Shown here piece after piece: positions 38,243-47,824 of a stretch of 64,000 nt of DNA (position 1 is its first letter; each line of letters opens with the position of its first letter). Below the pieces are notes generated by a model. It was not told the origin of the DNA. It saw only the letters and a program-made list of their open reading frames with translations, and ran no database searches. This DNA is from an uncultured virus (IMG/VR IMGVR_UViG_3300020472_000022) (lineage: Duplodnaviria > Heunggongvirae > Uroviricota > Caudoviricetes). The translations under genes were made by a program, and so were the position numbers. The stretch lies in the IMG/VR virus record IMGVR_UViG_3300020472_000022; one strand, written 5' to 3'.

Positions 38243-38523
38243 TAGTCTTTTCTAGCATCTTCTTTGCCATCAGCCCTAGCTATTCTTTCTAGATCAGGTC
38301 TAATGCCTAGAACACTACAAAGTGTTGCATCCATTCTAATCATGTCATGGTTCATTGTTTTAACTCTATTGTCTAATCCCATTACAATACCATGTATATT
38401 ATTTACCTGACCTATAACACTTTCTAAAATATATTTTATAGTAAGAAATATAAAGAACCCACCTATCAAAGACATCGCGATAGGAAAACCTACCTCTGCT
38501 ATCAATAGGAATATTTCATTCAT
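38242..38523 (-). CDS. Small single-TM coiled-coil protein (GFPI motif)
   Basis: IAEVGFPI + TM + NRVKTMNHD. Confidence 0.7.
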   Translation of the reverse strand: MNEIFLLIAEVGFPIAMSLIGGFFIFLTIKYILESVIGQVNNIHGIVMGLDNRVKTMNHDMIRMDATLCSVLGIRPDLERIARADGKEDARKD

Positions 38524-38831
38524 TCCTCTTCGCCCTTAAACTTTTTACTTTGTCCGTTAGTCCCAGCATATATTCCAAATACTGCCGCCATTGCACCTAC
38601 AATAATAGAAACTAATCCAGCTTGTTCCATATTAGGTTCTTCAATAGTCATGAACCATATTACTACTTCATACAATAAGTAGATATATACACCAACAAAA
38701 ACTCTAGGAAAAATACGCCAAGCATCTATAGTCTTAGCTAAATGTATCCACTTTTGAAAAGGATTTATTCCTATGTTATTTGGTGTTACTTCTAACTCAA
38801 TATCTACTTTCTTTTTAATTGGCTCATCCAT
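38520..38831 (-). CDS. Two-TM membrane protein, possible holin
   Basis: DAWRIFPR plus two TM helices, in the lysis cassette. Confidence 0.55.
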   Translation of the reverse strand: MDEPIKKKVDIELEVTPNNIGINPFQKWIHLAKTIDAWRIFPRVFVGVYIYLLYEVVIWFMTIEEPNMEQAGLVSIIVGAMAAVFGIYAGTNGQSKKFKGEEE

Positions 38832-38833
38832 TA

Positions 38834-39229
38834 CTATTCCTCCACTTGTTCATCTATAGTTGGATCATTATCTCTATAATACTTTATAATGTTTAAACTC
38901 TGTCTAATATACCTTCTAATATCAGCAAGATTATTTGCTAAATTTTCATAAGCTTGTGAAGTAAGACCATAATAAGCAACTGCAGGAGCATTACCTTCAT
39001 CATAATTTTCAATATACTCTCGCATTATATCTGGACTTAGAACTACAAACTCTATCTCAGCAGGACTAACTGCTTCAGGTAACGGAGGATGATACATAGG
39101 AGCTGGCTTCATAACTGTAACTATCTCAACTGGAGCTACTTGAGGAACTGCAGGAGCGCTATTGAATAGCCCACCAAAACTAGAACATCCACTTAATAAT
39201 ATAAAACTACTCAGTAATAGGTACTTCAT
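38834..39229 (-). CDS. Probable o-spanin (lipoprotein)
   Basis: MKYLLLSSFILLSGC lipobox, Pro-rich, overlaps the i-spanin 3' end. Confidence 0.65.
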   Translation of the reverse strand: MKYLLLSSFILLSGCSSFGGLFNSAPAVPQVAPVEIVTVMKPAPMYHPPLPEAVSPAEIEFVVLSPDIMREYIENYDEGNAPAVAYYGLTSQAYENLANNLADIRRYIRQSLNIIKYYRDNDPTIDEQVEE

Positions 39230-39626
39230 CGAACTGCCTTGGATCTGTAAGATCAATAAATTGTTGGAGAACTTGTGCTGTACCTCTATTAACAATACCT
39301 TCAATTAGACCGGGTTTAGCTATAGCAAGATTATTAAGATCATGTCTAGCAAAAGTATTTCTCATTTCAGATACTTCCTCTCTAGCTTGATCATTAGCTT
39401 CTGTTAAAGCTGTTATCCTTTCTTGGTTTTGTCTTTGAGTTTCTAGCTGTACCTCTAGCTCATTATTTTGTTGAGTGATAGTACTCTCAAGAACTGCTTG
39501 ATTATTAACTGCTGTTTGAAGCTCAACTTGAAGCTGACTTATCTGAGCCTTCTGCATATTGATATAGAAGTAGCTACCTCCAACAGTAGTAATTAATAAA
39601 AAACCTAGCATGATGTTAAGCTTCAT
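39207..39626 (-). CDS. Probable i-spanin
   Basis: N-terminal TM followed by a long coiled coil, after the endolysin. Confidence 0.65.
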   Translation of the reverse strand: MKLNIMLGFLLITTVGGSYFYINMQKAQISQLQVELQTAVNNQAVLESTITQQNNELEVQLETQRQNQERITALTEANDQAREEVSEMRNTFARHDLNNLAIAKPGLIEGIVNRGTAQVLQQFIDLTDPRQFDEVPITE

Positions 39627-39629
39627 CAG

Positions 39630-39878
39630 TTACTCTTCTTCAAAGTCTATTTCAAACTCTAATGTTTTTTGAATTTCTGCACTTAACCACTCTGATATCT
39701 GTGGGTAAATAACTTTTTCAGTTAGGTCATTCATAGATTTATTAAGATAGACTTCTAAAAGTTCTTCATAAACACCCCTAAATTCTTCAAGTTTTATCCA
39801 AGGTAATGTTTGTTTAGCTCTTTCTTTACAATCTATTCTATAAGCTTCTTCAAGTTGTTTTTCTGTATAGAGAATCAT
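39630..39878 (-). CDS. Hypothetical protein
   Basis: MILYTEKQLEEAY; ATGA overlap with the lysozyme gene. Confidence 0.65.
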   Translation of the reverse strand: MILYTEKQLEEAYRIDCKERAKQTLPWIKLEEFRGVYEELLEVYLNKSMNDLTEKVIYPQISEWLSAEIQKTLEFEIDFEEE

Positions 39879-40327
39879 TTACAAGCTAAAACCATTTCTT
39901 TGAGTTCGATGCTTCTTAAACCTACTTGTCCAAACCAACGACTATCTTCCATCTGAACAGCCATTTCATCCCAGTTATGTTCTCTACAAGCCTTTAACAT
40001 ATTTTTAAACTTAGAAAGCCTAGTTCCTCCTAAGTTAAAACACATATTAACTAATACTCTCTGTATATTTTCAGGCAACTTTGCAAAGTCTTCTTCATTT
40101 CCAAAGATATGTATAGCTTCTTTGTAATGCTTTTCAAAGTCTATTTCAAAATATTGATTAACTACTTCCTCAGAAACTTCTCGACCTACTTCCCAATTAG
40201 CTTCAGGATCTGTAGCTTGACATAAATGACCTATGCCTAAAGTTTTATAACCTAAACTATCTTGATAAATTTTTAATACTCTACCTTCATGTTGAGTAAT
40301 TTCTGTTTTACATTTTTCAATATCCAT
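39875..40327 (-). CDS. Endolysin, T4-lysozyme/GH24-like
   Basis: HEG..IYQDSLGYKTLGIGHL, NMCFNLG, DSRW..QV..R. Confidence 0.88.
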   Translation of the reverse strand: MDIEKCKTEITQHEGRVLKIYQDSLGYKTLGIGHLCQATDPEANWEVGREVSEEVVNQYFEIDFEKHYKEAIHIFGNEEDFAKLPENIQRVLVNMCFNLGGTRLSKFKNMLKACREHNWDEMAVQMEDSRWFGQVGLRSIELKEMVLACK

Positions 40328-40328
40328 T

Positions 40329-43300
40329 TTAATATCCTCTCATTTGTCTACTTTCTTTTGGTGTATAGAATAAAGCTTGATTAGATTCGATTAACCTATC
40401 AGCTTCCTTTATAGCATCCTCTCTAGTTTCAATGCTATCTGGAAAAGTATACCCTAATTGGTTATTAAATTCATCCATTTTTCTACCGCGTGGATCTATA
40501 AACTCTCTAGCTTTTATACCTAAACTAGCAACTCTAGGACTAGGAGATTGTTTAGCTAACCATCCTAATAAAATATGCCGTTTAGCATCCCCTTTACCAT
40601 CTAATTCTTGTGCTGCTCCATAAGCTTTTCCTTGCTCTTTAGCCCAAGAAATATCATCTGTCTTTAGACCTGCTAATTCAGAAAACTTTCCTTCTAAATA
40701 TCTGTAAATGCTTCCACCTAATGCAAATCTATCTCTAGGTTCTTTAACAGGTTCTTCCATAAAGTCTACACCTTCTGTATAAGACTGTCCTGTATAAGGA
40801 TTTATTCTATCAGCAGGATTATCTTTAGTATAAGGTACATTGTCTTCACCTTTAACTAAACCACCTTTTGCCTTACCTTCTCTTTTCATTTCTAGATCTT
40901 TGGGATCTACTATTATATCTAATTGAGCAAACTCTTCACTTTGTAATCTTATTTTATTTATTGCTTTATATAATTCTGCTGTATCAGAAAGAATTGTCTT
41001 GTCCTGCATGTGTCTTATCATGCTATCTGTAAGTTTTATAGGAACAAACTTCCTACCTAGCGAAGAAAAAGCTGTTATATCTAGGTTACTAAAACCATTT
41101 ATTTCATCCATAAGTTTAGCAGTATTTATGTCTAAATTATTAACTTTTTCATTTAGATTATAAAAATCTTTAGCAAGTTCATAATATTTTCTATTTTCTT
41201 TTAAGAATATTTCTGCAAGTTGATCTGCTGTTGTTGTATCTAATATACTGCGATATATAGTTGATTCATGTTTATTCCTTTCTGTTAAAAACTCTCTAGC
41301 TTTAAAGTTGTATGATACTTCCAAACTTTCTTTGTTTTTAATTGTACTGTCAAAGCCTGTAAGTAATCTTATAATATCTAAACCCGGATCTATTTTTTCT
41401 TCATATTCAGTAAAGTCTCCCCTACTTTTCCTATCTAAATATCTTTCTAGATCTCTATATGATCCCGGTTTTAAAATGTCAATTAGATTAGCAGTTAAAA
41501 GATAGAGATTATCAGGATTAAACTGAGCAGGAAAAACATCACTAGCCTGTTTAGTTTGATATCTAATTAGAGGATTATTAGGCATACTCATCAGCCTACC
41601 ATTTTCATCTGCGCCATCATTAAAAACATAATTATTTATGACTTCAAAAGGTAGTGAAGTACCTAAGAAAGGTTCAAATAATTCCGTTATTGTATTTGAT
41701 AAGTATTTTTTTCTTTCGTTATCAGTTATCTCTCTTTTTAACTCTAATACCTCATGCAAACCAAACAATAATGAAGTAAAGGTTTTTCTTGGAAAATCAA
41801 AAGCATCCCATGATGATATATTAGTAACAATAGGATCGCCATCTTCATTATATGTATATAATAAATTATCATTTTGCTGGTAATCAGGTAGTAAAGGTTT
41901 TAAATTATCAAGCGTATCTTGAGAAACACCAGCAGCAGCGTTGCCTATTGAAGATAATGAATCAGCAGCTAACTTACCGCCTCCTACACCAAAAAATCCG
42001 TAACCTGTAAGTCTCTTCATTGCTCTGTTACGAACATAATTACTGGCTTTGTCTGCTCCTGCTTGTTTTAATTTATAAGCTAAACCAAGCTCGTTAAATC
42101 CTAGTGTAGGAATTGTCATTGCTAATCTGACTGACTCTGAAGCAAAAGAAAAGAACTTCCCTATCAGAGGAACAACTCTTAGACCTTTCATATTATCAGG
42201 AATTAAAGCATAATTAGGTAAACTATCACGAGTTTTCCTACCTGCTTCATTCTGAATTTGCTCAGTTGACATTCTAAAAGAATCAAATTGATCACCTTTA
42301 GGTAATAAACTATTATATTTTACTAAGTTTTCTTTCTCAGTATTGTACATATATACTTTAAAAATATCATCTTCAAACATATATAAATCTAGAACCTTTT
42401 CATCACCTTTTAGCAAACCTCTAGCTATCGGAGTATTTTTTATATATTCAATCGGTTTAGAATAAAGTATTCTTTCCATAGTTTTAGATTTTGATCCTTC
42501 ATCCATCAGTAATCTTAAATCTCCTAAAACAGCATTCTTATTTAGAATACCCTGTTTTGAGTATTCTTGAAATTTTAATTGTAGTTCTTGATTTGTCTTT
42601 GGTGTTAATGCACGAAAAGAACTAGTAATTTTTTTAATATTAAATGGATTAATACCACTAGCTGCAGTAAGAGTTGTATTACCAATAACATTTTTAAGAT
42701 GAGTAGGAAGTCTTCTTACTGTTGCAGATCTCTGTGATTGAGCTTTTAAAAATAATGCTACTCTCCAAGGTTCGGATAAGAATCCTGATTTTTCTACTAA
42801 AGAAGCTAATCCTGTTTGACCCTCAAAGTAGTTTCTTAATTGTGGAGTTGTGTATTTCCCAGTTAATTCTCCATACCCTTTTCCTATTCTCGCATTGAAA
42901 CCAACCGGCTTAGTTTTCTTTGTATAAAAATAAATATTCTGACCATCTCTCCATGCATCTCTATAAAATTTATTATCTTCCACAAATTTAGCTATCTTTT
43001 TTGTTGATAAAACAATTCGATCTATTGGATTATCTACTTTACTATAGTATGCTTTAATTTCATCAGGTATTGTTTTTCTTTTCTTTAACAGTCCTTTTCC
43101 TGTTTTATTGAAACCTACTCCGTCATCTATAAGTCCAGCATACTCACCTTTTCCTCCAGCTAAATCCTCCATAGTTGCATTAACCCTAGAATTAACTTCT
43201 ATATTTGAAAGAGTAGGATCTTTTCTTACAATTTCTGATCTTATAAAATTTCTAGCATCTTCATCGACTTTCGTTGTAGGTATATATTTATTATCCTCAA

Positions 43301-44726
43301 ATAAACGATAACTTTCTCTTGTATAAACACCTAATCCATCTTCTATTATTTCTTTCGCTTCTGCTGGTACATTATTATCTTGAAGTAATAAACGAGATAA
43401 ACGATCTTGTAGATCTCTAGCTTTCTTTATTGCTTCCCTAGTTGCCCTAGGATATTTAGTAAGTCCTTTGTTAAAAGTTACAGACTGAGATACAGGAGGA
43501 ACATAACCTTTCGAAGTTATAATTCCGAATAATCTACGATCATCAAATAACAGATTACTTATTTCATCTAATAATTCTTTTTTATTTTTATTTGGTCCTA
43601 AACTTCTATAAATATCGTTTATAGATTTTTCAAAATTATCTCCTGTGTGAGTTATGAGGGCATTCCACTCATCTATTGCATTATCTCGTTGTAATTTTCG
43701 GTTAAATAAATTATAAGATAATCCGCCTCTACTTGTAAAAGTTTGACCTAATAAAGTAGCTGCGTTTCTAACATAATTATTAGTACTAAATTTTGCACTA
43801 TCCATTATTGAATTTAAAGCATCTATGTCTCCAGTTTCAATAGTTGCTTTTCCGTCAGCAGTAGTAATAACTCTTCTACTTAATTTTTGTTCTGCTATGT
43901 TTCTAAGATCTCTATCTGCTGAAATAGTTGAAGCTTCTCTAACTGCATTAATAAAAGATTTACTTACATCTGCTCCTTTACTTGCAATAGCTCTCATACT
44001 ATTTATTAAAGGTCTTGTTGCTTTAGAGGTTACTTCTTTAACTGAAGGATTACTGGCTACTGAACCAGCAACACCGAATACACCTGCCAAGGCAGCTCCT
44101 TCACCTAATAAAGCTATTCTATTTTCTAATTCAGTTTTTTCTTCGCTAGACTTTAAAGGATCTAAAAAATATTCTTCAAGAACATTTAAGTAATCTCCTC
44201 TATCATCATCAATCATACTACCTAGAACATTAGCTAAATTTTCTTCATACGGATTCATGGATAACTGAGCTGCTGCTTCACCTTTAGCAAACAATTTAGT
44301 AAAACCTGTAGTTTTAGGAGCGACAGCTGTAAATTTCTTAATAGCTTTTAAACCTTCTATAGGCTTAGTAACTTTCCCAACACCTAAAAAACTACCAGTA
44401 AAAGCTCCTATATCTCTTACAAATGAAGCTGCTGCATTTTCAGGTTCAGCTATCTCGGTTACTTCTTCCTCACCTCTCATAATTTTTACTACATTTTCAG
44501 AACCTACAACATGAGTGTATAAATTTTTTAAAAATTCTTCTGTCTTTTCCCTTTCAGAAGCTGTTGGTTTTTTTATCATATTATAAAAATCTAAAGTACC
44601 ACGAACCACATCACTAGCTCCGCCCGCTACTATTCTTTTAGTGTCTTGACCACTAAAGGATGTTGTTACTTCTAACTCAGAGAGTTTAGATTGTTGTTCT
44701 GGTGTAAGAAAAGAATATCTATCCAT
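40329..44726 (-). CDS. Large internal virion / ejection protein
   Basis: 1465 aa, helical, last of a run of ejection-type genes; distinct C-terminal domain. Confidence 0.65.
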   Translation of the reverse strand: MDRYSFLTPEQQSKLSELEVTTSFSGQDTKRIVAGGASDVVRGTLDFYNMIKKPTASEREKTEEFLKNLYTHVVGSENVVKIMRGEEEVTEIAEPENAAASFVRDIGAFTGSFLGVGKVTKPIEGLKAIKKFTAVAPKTTGFTKLFAKGEAAAQLSMNPYEENLANVLGSMIDDDRGDYLNVLEEYFLDPLKSSEEKTELENRIALLGEGAALAGVFGVAGSVASNPSVKEVTSKATRPLINSMRAIASKGADVSKSFINAVREASTISADRDLRNIAEQKLSRRVITTADGKATIETGDIDALNSIMDSAKFSTNNYVRNAATLLGQTFTSRGGLSYNLFNRKLQRDNAIDEWNALITHTGDNFEKSINDIYRSLGPNKNKKELLDEISNLLFDDRRLFGIITSKGYVPPVSQSVTFNKGLTKYPRATREAIKKARDLQDRLSRLLLQDNNVPAEAKEIIEDGLGVYTRESYRLFEDNKYIPTTKVDEDARNFIRSEIVRKDPTLSNIEVNSRVNATMEDLAGGKGEYAGLIDDGVGFNKTGKGLLKKRKTIPDEIKAYYSKVDNPIDRIVLSTKKIAKFVEDNKFYRDAWRDGQNIYFYTKKTKPVGFNARIGKGYGELTGKYTTPQLRNYFEGQTGLASLVEKSGFLSEPWRVALFLKAQSQRSATVRRLPTHLKNVIGNTTLTAASGINPFNIKKITSSFRALTPKTNQELQLKFQEYSKQGILNKNAVLGDLRLLMDEGSKSKTMERILYSKPIEYIKNTPIARGLLKGDEKVLDLYMFEDDIFKVYMYNTEKENLVKYNSLLPKGDQFDSFRMSTEQIQNEAGRKTRDSLPNYALIPDNMKGLRVVPLIGKFFSFASESVRLAMTIPTLGFNELGLAYKLKQAGADKASNYVRNRAMKRLTGYGFFGVGGGKLAADSLSSIGNAAAGVSQDTLDNLKPLLPDYQQNDNLLYTYNEDGDPIVTNISSWDAFDFPRKTFTSLLFGLHEVLELKREITDNERKKYLSNTITELFEPFLGTSLPFEVINNYVFNDGADENGRLMSMPNNPLIRYQTKQASDVFPAQFNPDNLYLLTANLIDILKPGSYRDLERYLDRKSRGDFTEYEEKIDPGLDIIRLLTGFDSTIKNKESLEVSYNFKAREFLTERNKHESTIYRSILDTTTADQLAEIFLKENRKYYELAKDFYNLNEKVNNLDINTAKLMDEINGFSNLDITAFSSLGRKFVPIKLTDSMIRHMQDKTILSDTAELYKAINKIRLQSEEFAQLDIIVDPKDLEMKREGKAKGGLVKGEDNVPYTKDNPADRINPYTGQSYTEGVDFMEEPVKEPRDRFALGGSIYRYLEGKFSELAGLKTDDISWAKEQGKAYGAAQELDGKGDAKRHILLGWLAKQSPSPRVASLGIKAREFIDPRGRKMDEFNNQLGYTFPDSIETREDAIKEADRLIESNQALFYTPKESRQMRGY

Positions 44727-44784
44727 CTATATTTTTCCTATAATTATAATTAGTGTTGGTTGTAAAGGCTAAGAGTATTTATCA

Positions 44785-46158
44785 CTATAAAGGTAGGTAA
44801 TCTAGTACTGATCTCATATTGTGTAACTGTTCCTGTACATATTCAGCTTTAGTAATGTCTCTACTCTCAAGCATTGATATTATTGCGGGATTAGATAGAG
44901 TAGGTATAAGACTAGCAATAACAGAGTTTTCTATTAGTTCTAACCTGTCAGCACCTTCTAAATCTTGTAGTTGCTTTTGAGCTACCTTTAATCGAGATCT
45001 CTCAGTAGCGGTTAATGAGTCTTGTTCCCGTAAAGTACTTATTGTATTTACAAGCCCTGCTATTGTATAGTTGGTAGGATCTACCTGAAATACATTAATA
45101 GCTAGATATTCATCAAGCTGTGATTTATACTCAGGAGATGTCCTATCAATGTCATTTACAGATGAAAGTTCAGTATTTGTCCTAACCAATCTAGCCTCAA
45201 ATACTCTAGTTCCATCTTCTACTGATTTGTCAATCTCATCCTTATTTGCTGGATTCAATATTTTTCCAGTTAAAGCCAAATCAAAAATATCTTCATTCCT
45301 AAAACCAATAGAATTAGGTTGGCTTTCTATAAGGCTATATATATCATCAGCAGTATTAGTATCTATATCTTGTTGTATTATAATATCTTCAACTCTTTGT
45401 AGAGCTTCCTCTTTTGTAAATATTTGTTCTTGTCTAGGAGGCATAAGTTGTCTTTCTTCTTGAGCTTTAACTATATCTCTAGCACCTGTTCTATCTTTAT
45501 TTTCTAAAGCATATTCTAATTCAGCTTCTTTCTGATCAAAAGCCTTAGGAAATATTTTATTAACTGCTGCTCTTAATACAGATGTTTTAGTAGGATCATC
45601 TTCAATTTGTGATAAAGCAGCTTTATATTCATTATAGTATGCTTTATTATAATCTTGAAAACTAGATGAACTATACAAAGGATTATCTTTGAGAATATCA
45701 AACTCCCTTTGTGCCTTATTTCTTAATGATTGATAAAACTCTTCGTCTATTTTCCTAGTTTCTTCATCAGGTATTAAACTTCTATTATTAAAAGTCATGT
45801 TTCTTTTTGTATTCAGATCAGACTCATTATAATATTGTCTAGCTAAATCTGTTATAGCTTTATCTGGATCTGAATTATAAGCTGTTAATCTATCTCTATT
45901 AGTTTTATTTAATTCACTATTGTAAAGTTCTTGTCTACCTAAATGAGAGATATTATAGCTTTCTTTTAAATCATCAGTAGCATCTATTATCTTTCTTTTC
46001 TGATTATTCTGTAAAGCTCCAAAACCTGATAGAATAGCGGAAGCTATTAAAGCTCTCTCTGCTCTTTTCTTATCTTCTCTTCGTCTACCTGCTAATAAAC
46101 TACCAGCAAGTTGTCCGTATTGTTGACCAGCACCTTCGAAAAAATCTTCAATAGCCAT
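44785..46158 (-). CDS. Probable internal virion protein
   Basis: Synteny, helical composition. Confidence 0.5.
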   Translation of the reverse strand: MAIEDFFEGAGQQYGQLAGSLLAGRRREDKKRAERALIASAILSGFGALQNNQKRKIIDATDDLKESYNISHLGRQELYNSELNKTNRDRLTAYNSDPDKAITDLARQYYNESDLNTKRNMTFNNRSLIPDEETRKIDEEFYQSLRNKAQREFDILKDNPLYSSSSFQDYNKAYYNEYKAALSQIEDDPTKTSVLRAAVNKIFPKAFDQKEAELEYALENKDRTGARDIVKAQEERQLMPPRQEQIFTKEEALQRVEDIIIQQDIDTNTADDIYSLIESQPNSIGFRNEDIFDLALTGKILNPANKDEIDKSVEDGTRVFEARLVRTNTELSSVNDIDRTSPEYKSQLDEYLAINVFQVDPTNYTIAGLVNTISTLREQDSLTATERSRLKVAQKQLQDLEGADRLELIENSVIASLIPTLSNPAIISMLESRDITKAEYVQEQLHNMRSVLDYLPL

Positions 46159-46889
46159 TATTCATCTCCTTTACTTAATAAACTTCTTATTTCTGGACCT
46201 TGTGTTTTAACCTGAGCAAGAATACTCTGAGGTACAGCATTTGTATCAACTTTAGAAGTGTCCATATTTTTTAAAGTTCCATTCTTAATATCTGTAAAAA
46301 CATTTCTAAAGTTATCTATGTTTGCTTTTACTTCATCTTCATCTTCAACATTATCATCAAACTCATCTGCATCATCTTTTTCAATGTTATATTGGATATT
46401 AGCTTCTTCTCCAATAGCCATGATTGTATACATAACAGGTTCTGCTAATAACATCATAGTATCTGCAGTTATTTTACCCTCTGTAAATTTAGTATAAAGT
46501 ATTGCATTAGCTATATCAGAAACAGCAGCGCCTTTGGCAAGTGCTGGAACTAAATTTTTTATAGCTTCAGGTTGTAATATAGAAGCTGTTATATCATCTA
46601 AAGCTTCTCTAGGATTAGCAAACTCAGGAGGCTTTTCCCAAGCATAAGGCTGTTCTGGATCATTAGTTAAAGACTGACCCGGAATAGCTGCACCTTGACT
46701 TGTTAAATTAATAAGCTCATCAAAACTTTCTTGATTAAACTTACCTTTAGCTCGAAGTTTTGGTCCAGTATCAGGAGCAATTTCTTCTATATCAAATCCT
46801 GCATCTAAACCATCAGCAACTAGTTGAGCTGCTGCTTCGCCTATGTTATCAGAAATTATTGATTTAACTTGTCGTTTTTCTTTTGCCAT
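46158..46889 (-). CDS. Probable virion protein
   Basis: IPGQSLT..PYAWEKPP motif, synteny. Confidence 0.55.
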   Translation of the reverse strand: MAKEKRQVKSIISDNIGEAAAQLVADGLDAGFDIEEIAPDTGPKLRAKGKFNQESFDELINLTSQGAAIPGQSLTNDPEQPYAWEKPPEFANPREALDDITASILQPEAIKNLVPALAKGAAVSDIANAILYTKFTEGKITADTMMLLAEPVMYTIMAIGEEANIQYNIEKDDADEFDDNVEDEDEVKANIDNFRNVFTDIKNGTLKNMDTSKVDTNAVPQSILAQVKTQGPEIRSLLSKGDE

Positions 46890-47807
46890 TTACGCCACCT
46901 GAAAAGTTTGTTGTTTAAATAAATCATTACCATACATAGTGCTTGGATCAGAGTTACCATATAATAAATGAGAATATATATCATTTGTATTAATATTATT
47001 TGAAGATGCATAAACTCTTAAAGGATCAAAATTACTTGCACCTTCATAAGCAGCTCCTGCCATAGCTCCTTGTGTTGCTGGATCACCTGCAATATAATTA
47101 GCTGCAACTCCAGATAGAGTTGAACCTAATACAGTTGTTCCTACAGCTTGTGTAACTTGACCTGCAGTAGTATCAAAAAATCCTTGTGTTGCGGCTACTG
47201 CTTCACCAGTTGCAGGATCTATAAGAGACTCTGGACTTAGTTTTACAACATTACCAGCAGCATCAATCATTGTTCCTGTTCCATGTATTGTATCTGTGCT
47301 TCCTTTAAGCTGTGCTAATGTTCTTCCATCCATAGTAGTTTTAGAAGGGTCTACTACAAACTCACCGACATTTGATGGCTCTACGACTCCTCCTCCAAGA
47401 GGCTGTATTTGCGTATATCCTGCTCTAGAAGCTTCTGAAGTAAGTCCTGTAAGATCAGTAAGTTTTCCTGCTGTTCCACCTATAAACTTACCTGCTGTGG
47501 CGAGAGGTTTGAAAACTGCACCAACATTTAATCCTCCAACAGTAAATCCAGTTATTGTATTACTGGCAGCCATCATCCAACTACCAAAACCAGAAGTAGC
47601 TAAAGATCCTCCAAACGCACCAATGGCTGCACCTCCTGTAACTATTACAGCAGCAGCGATTGCTAAAGCTTTTAATACTTTACTTTTTCTAAGTTTTTTT
47701 CCTGCTTTTGTTAAACCTCTACCTACTCTTTTAACAGTCTTTTTAATTCGTTTTCCAATACCATTAAAAAAACCTTTTATTCCACCTTTGATACCTAAAA
47801 AAGCCAT
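46890..47807 (-). CDS. Probable ejection protein with cationic amphipathic N-terminus and TM helix
   Basis: GFFNGIGKRIKKTVKRVGRGL..ALAIAAAVIVTGG. Confidence 0.5.
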   Translation of the reverse strand: MAFLGIKGGIKGFFNGIGKRIKKTVKRVGRGLTKAGKKLRKSKVLKALAIAAAVIVTGGAAIGAFGGSLATSGFGSWMMAASNTITGFTVGGLNVGAVFKPLATAGKFIGGTAGKLTDLTGLTSEASRAGYTQIQPLGGGVVEPSNVGEFVVDPSKTTMDGRTLAQLKGSTDTIHGTGTMIDAAGNVVKLSPESLIDPATGEAVAATQGFFDTTAGQVTQAVGTTVLGSTLSGVAANYIAGDPATQGAMAGAAYEGASNFDPLRVYASSNNINTNDIYSHLLYGNSDPSTMYGNDLFKQQTFQVA

Positions 47808-47824
47808 TTACTTTCTCCTCTCTA

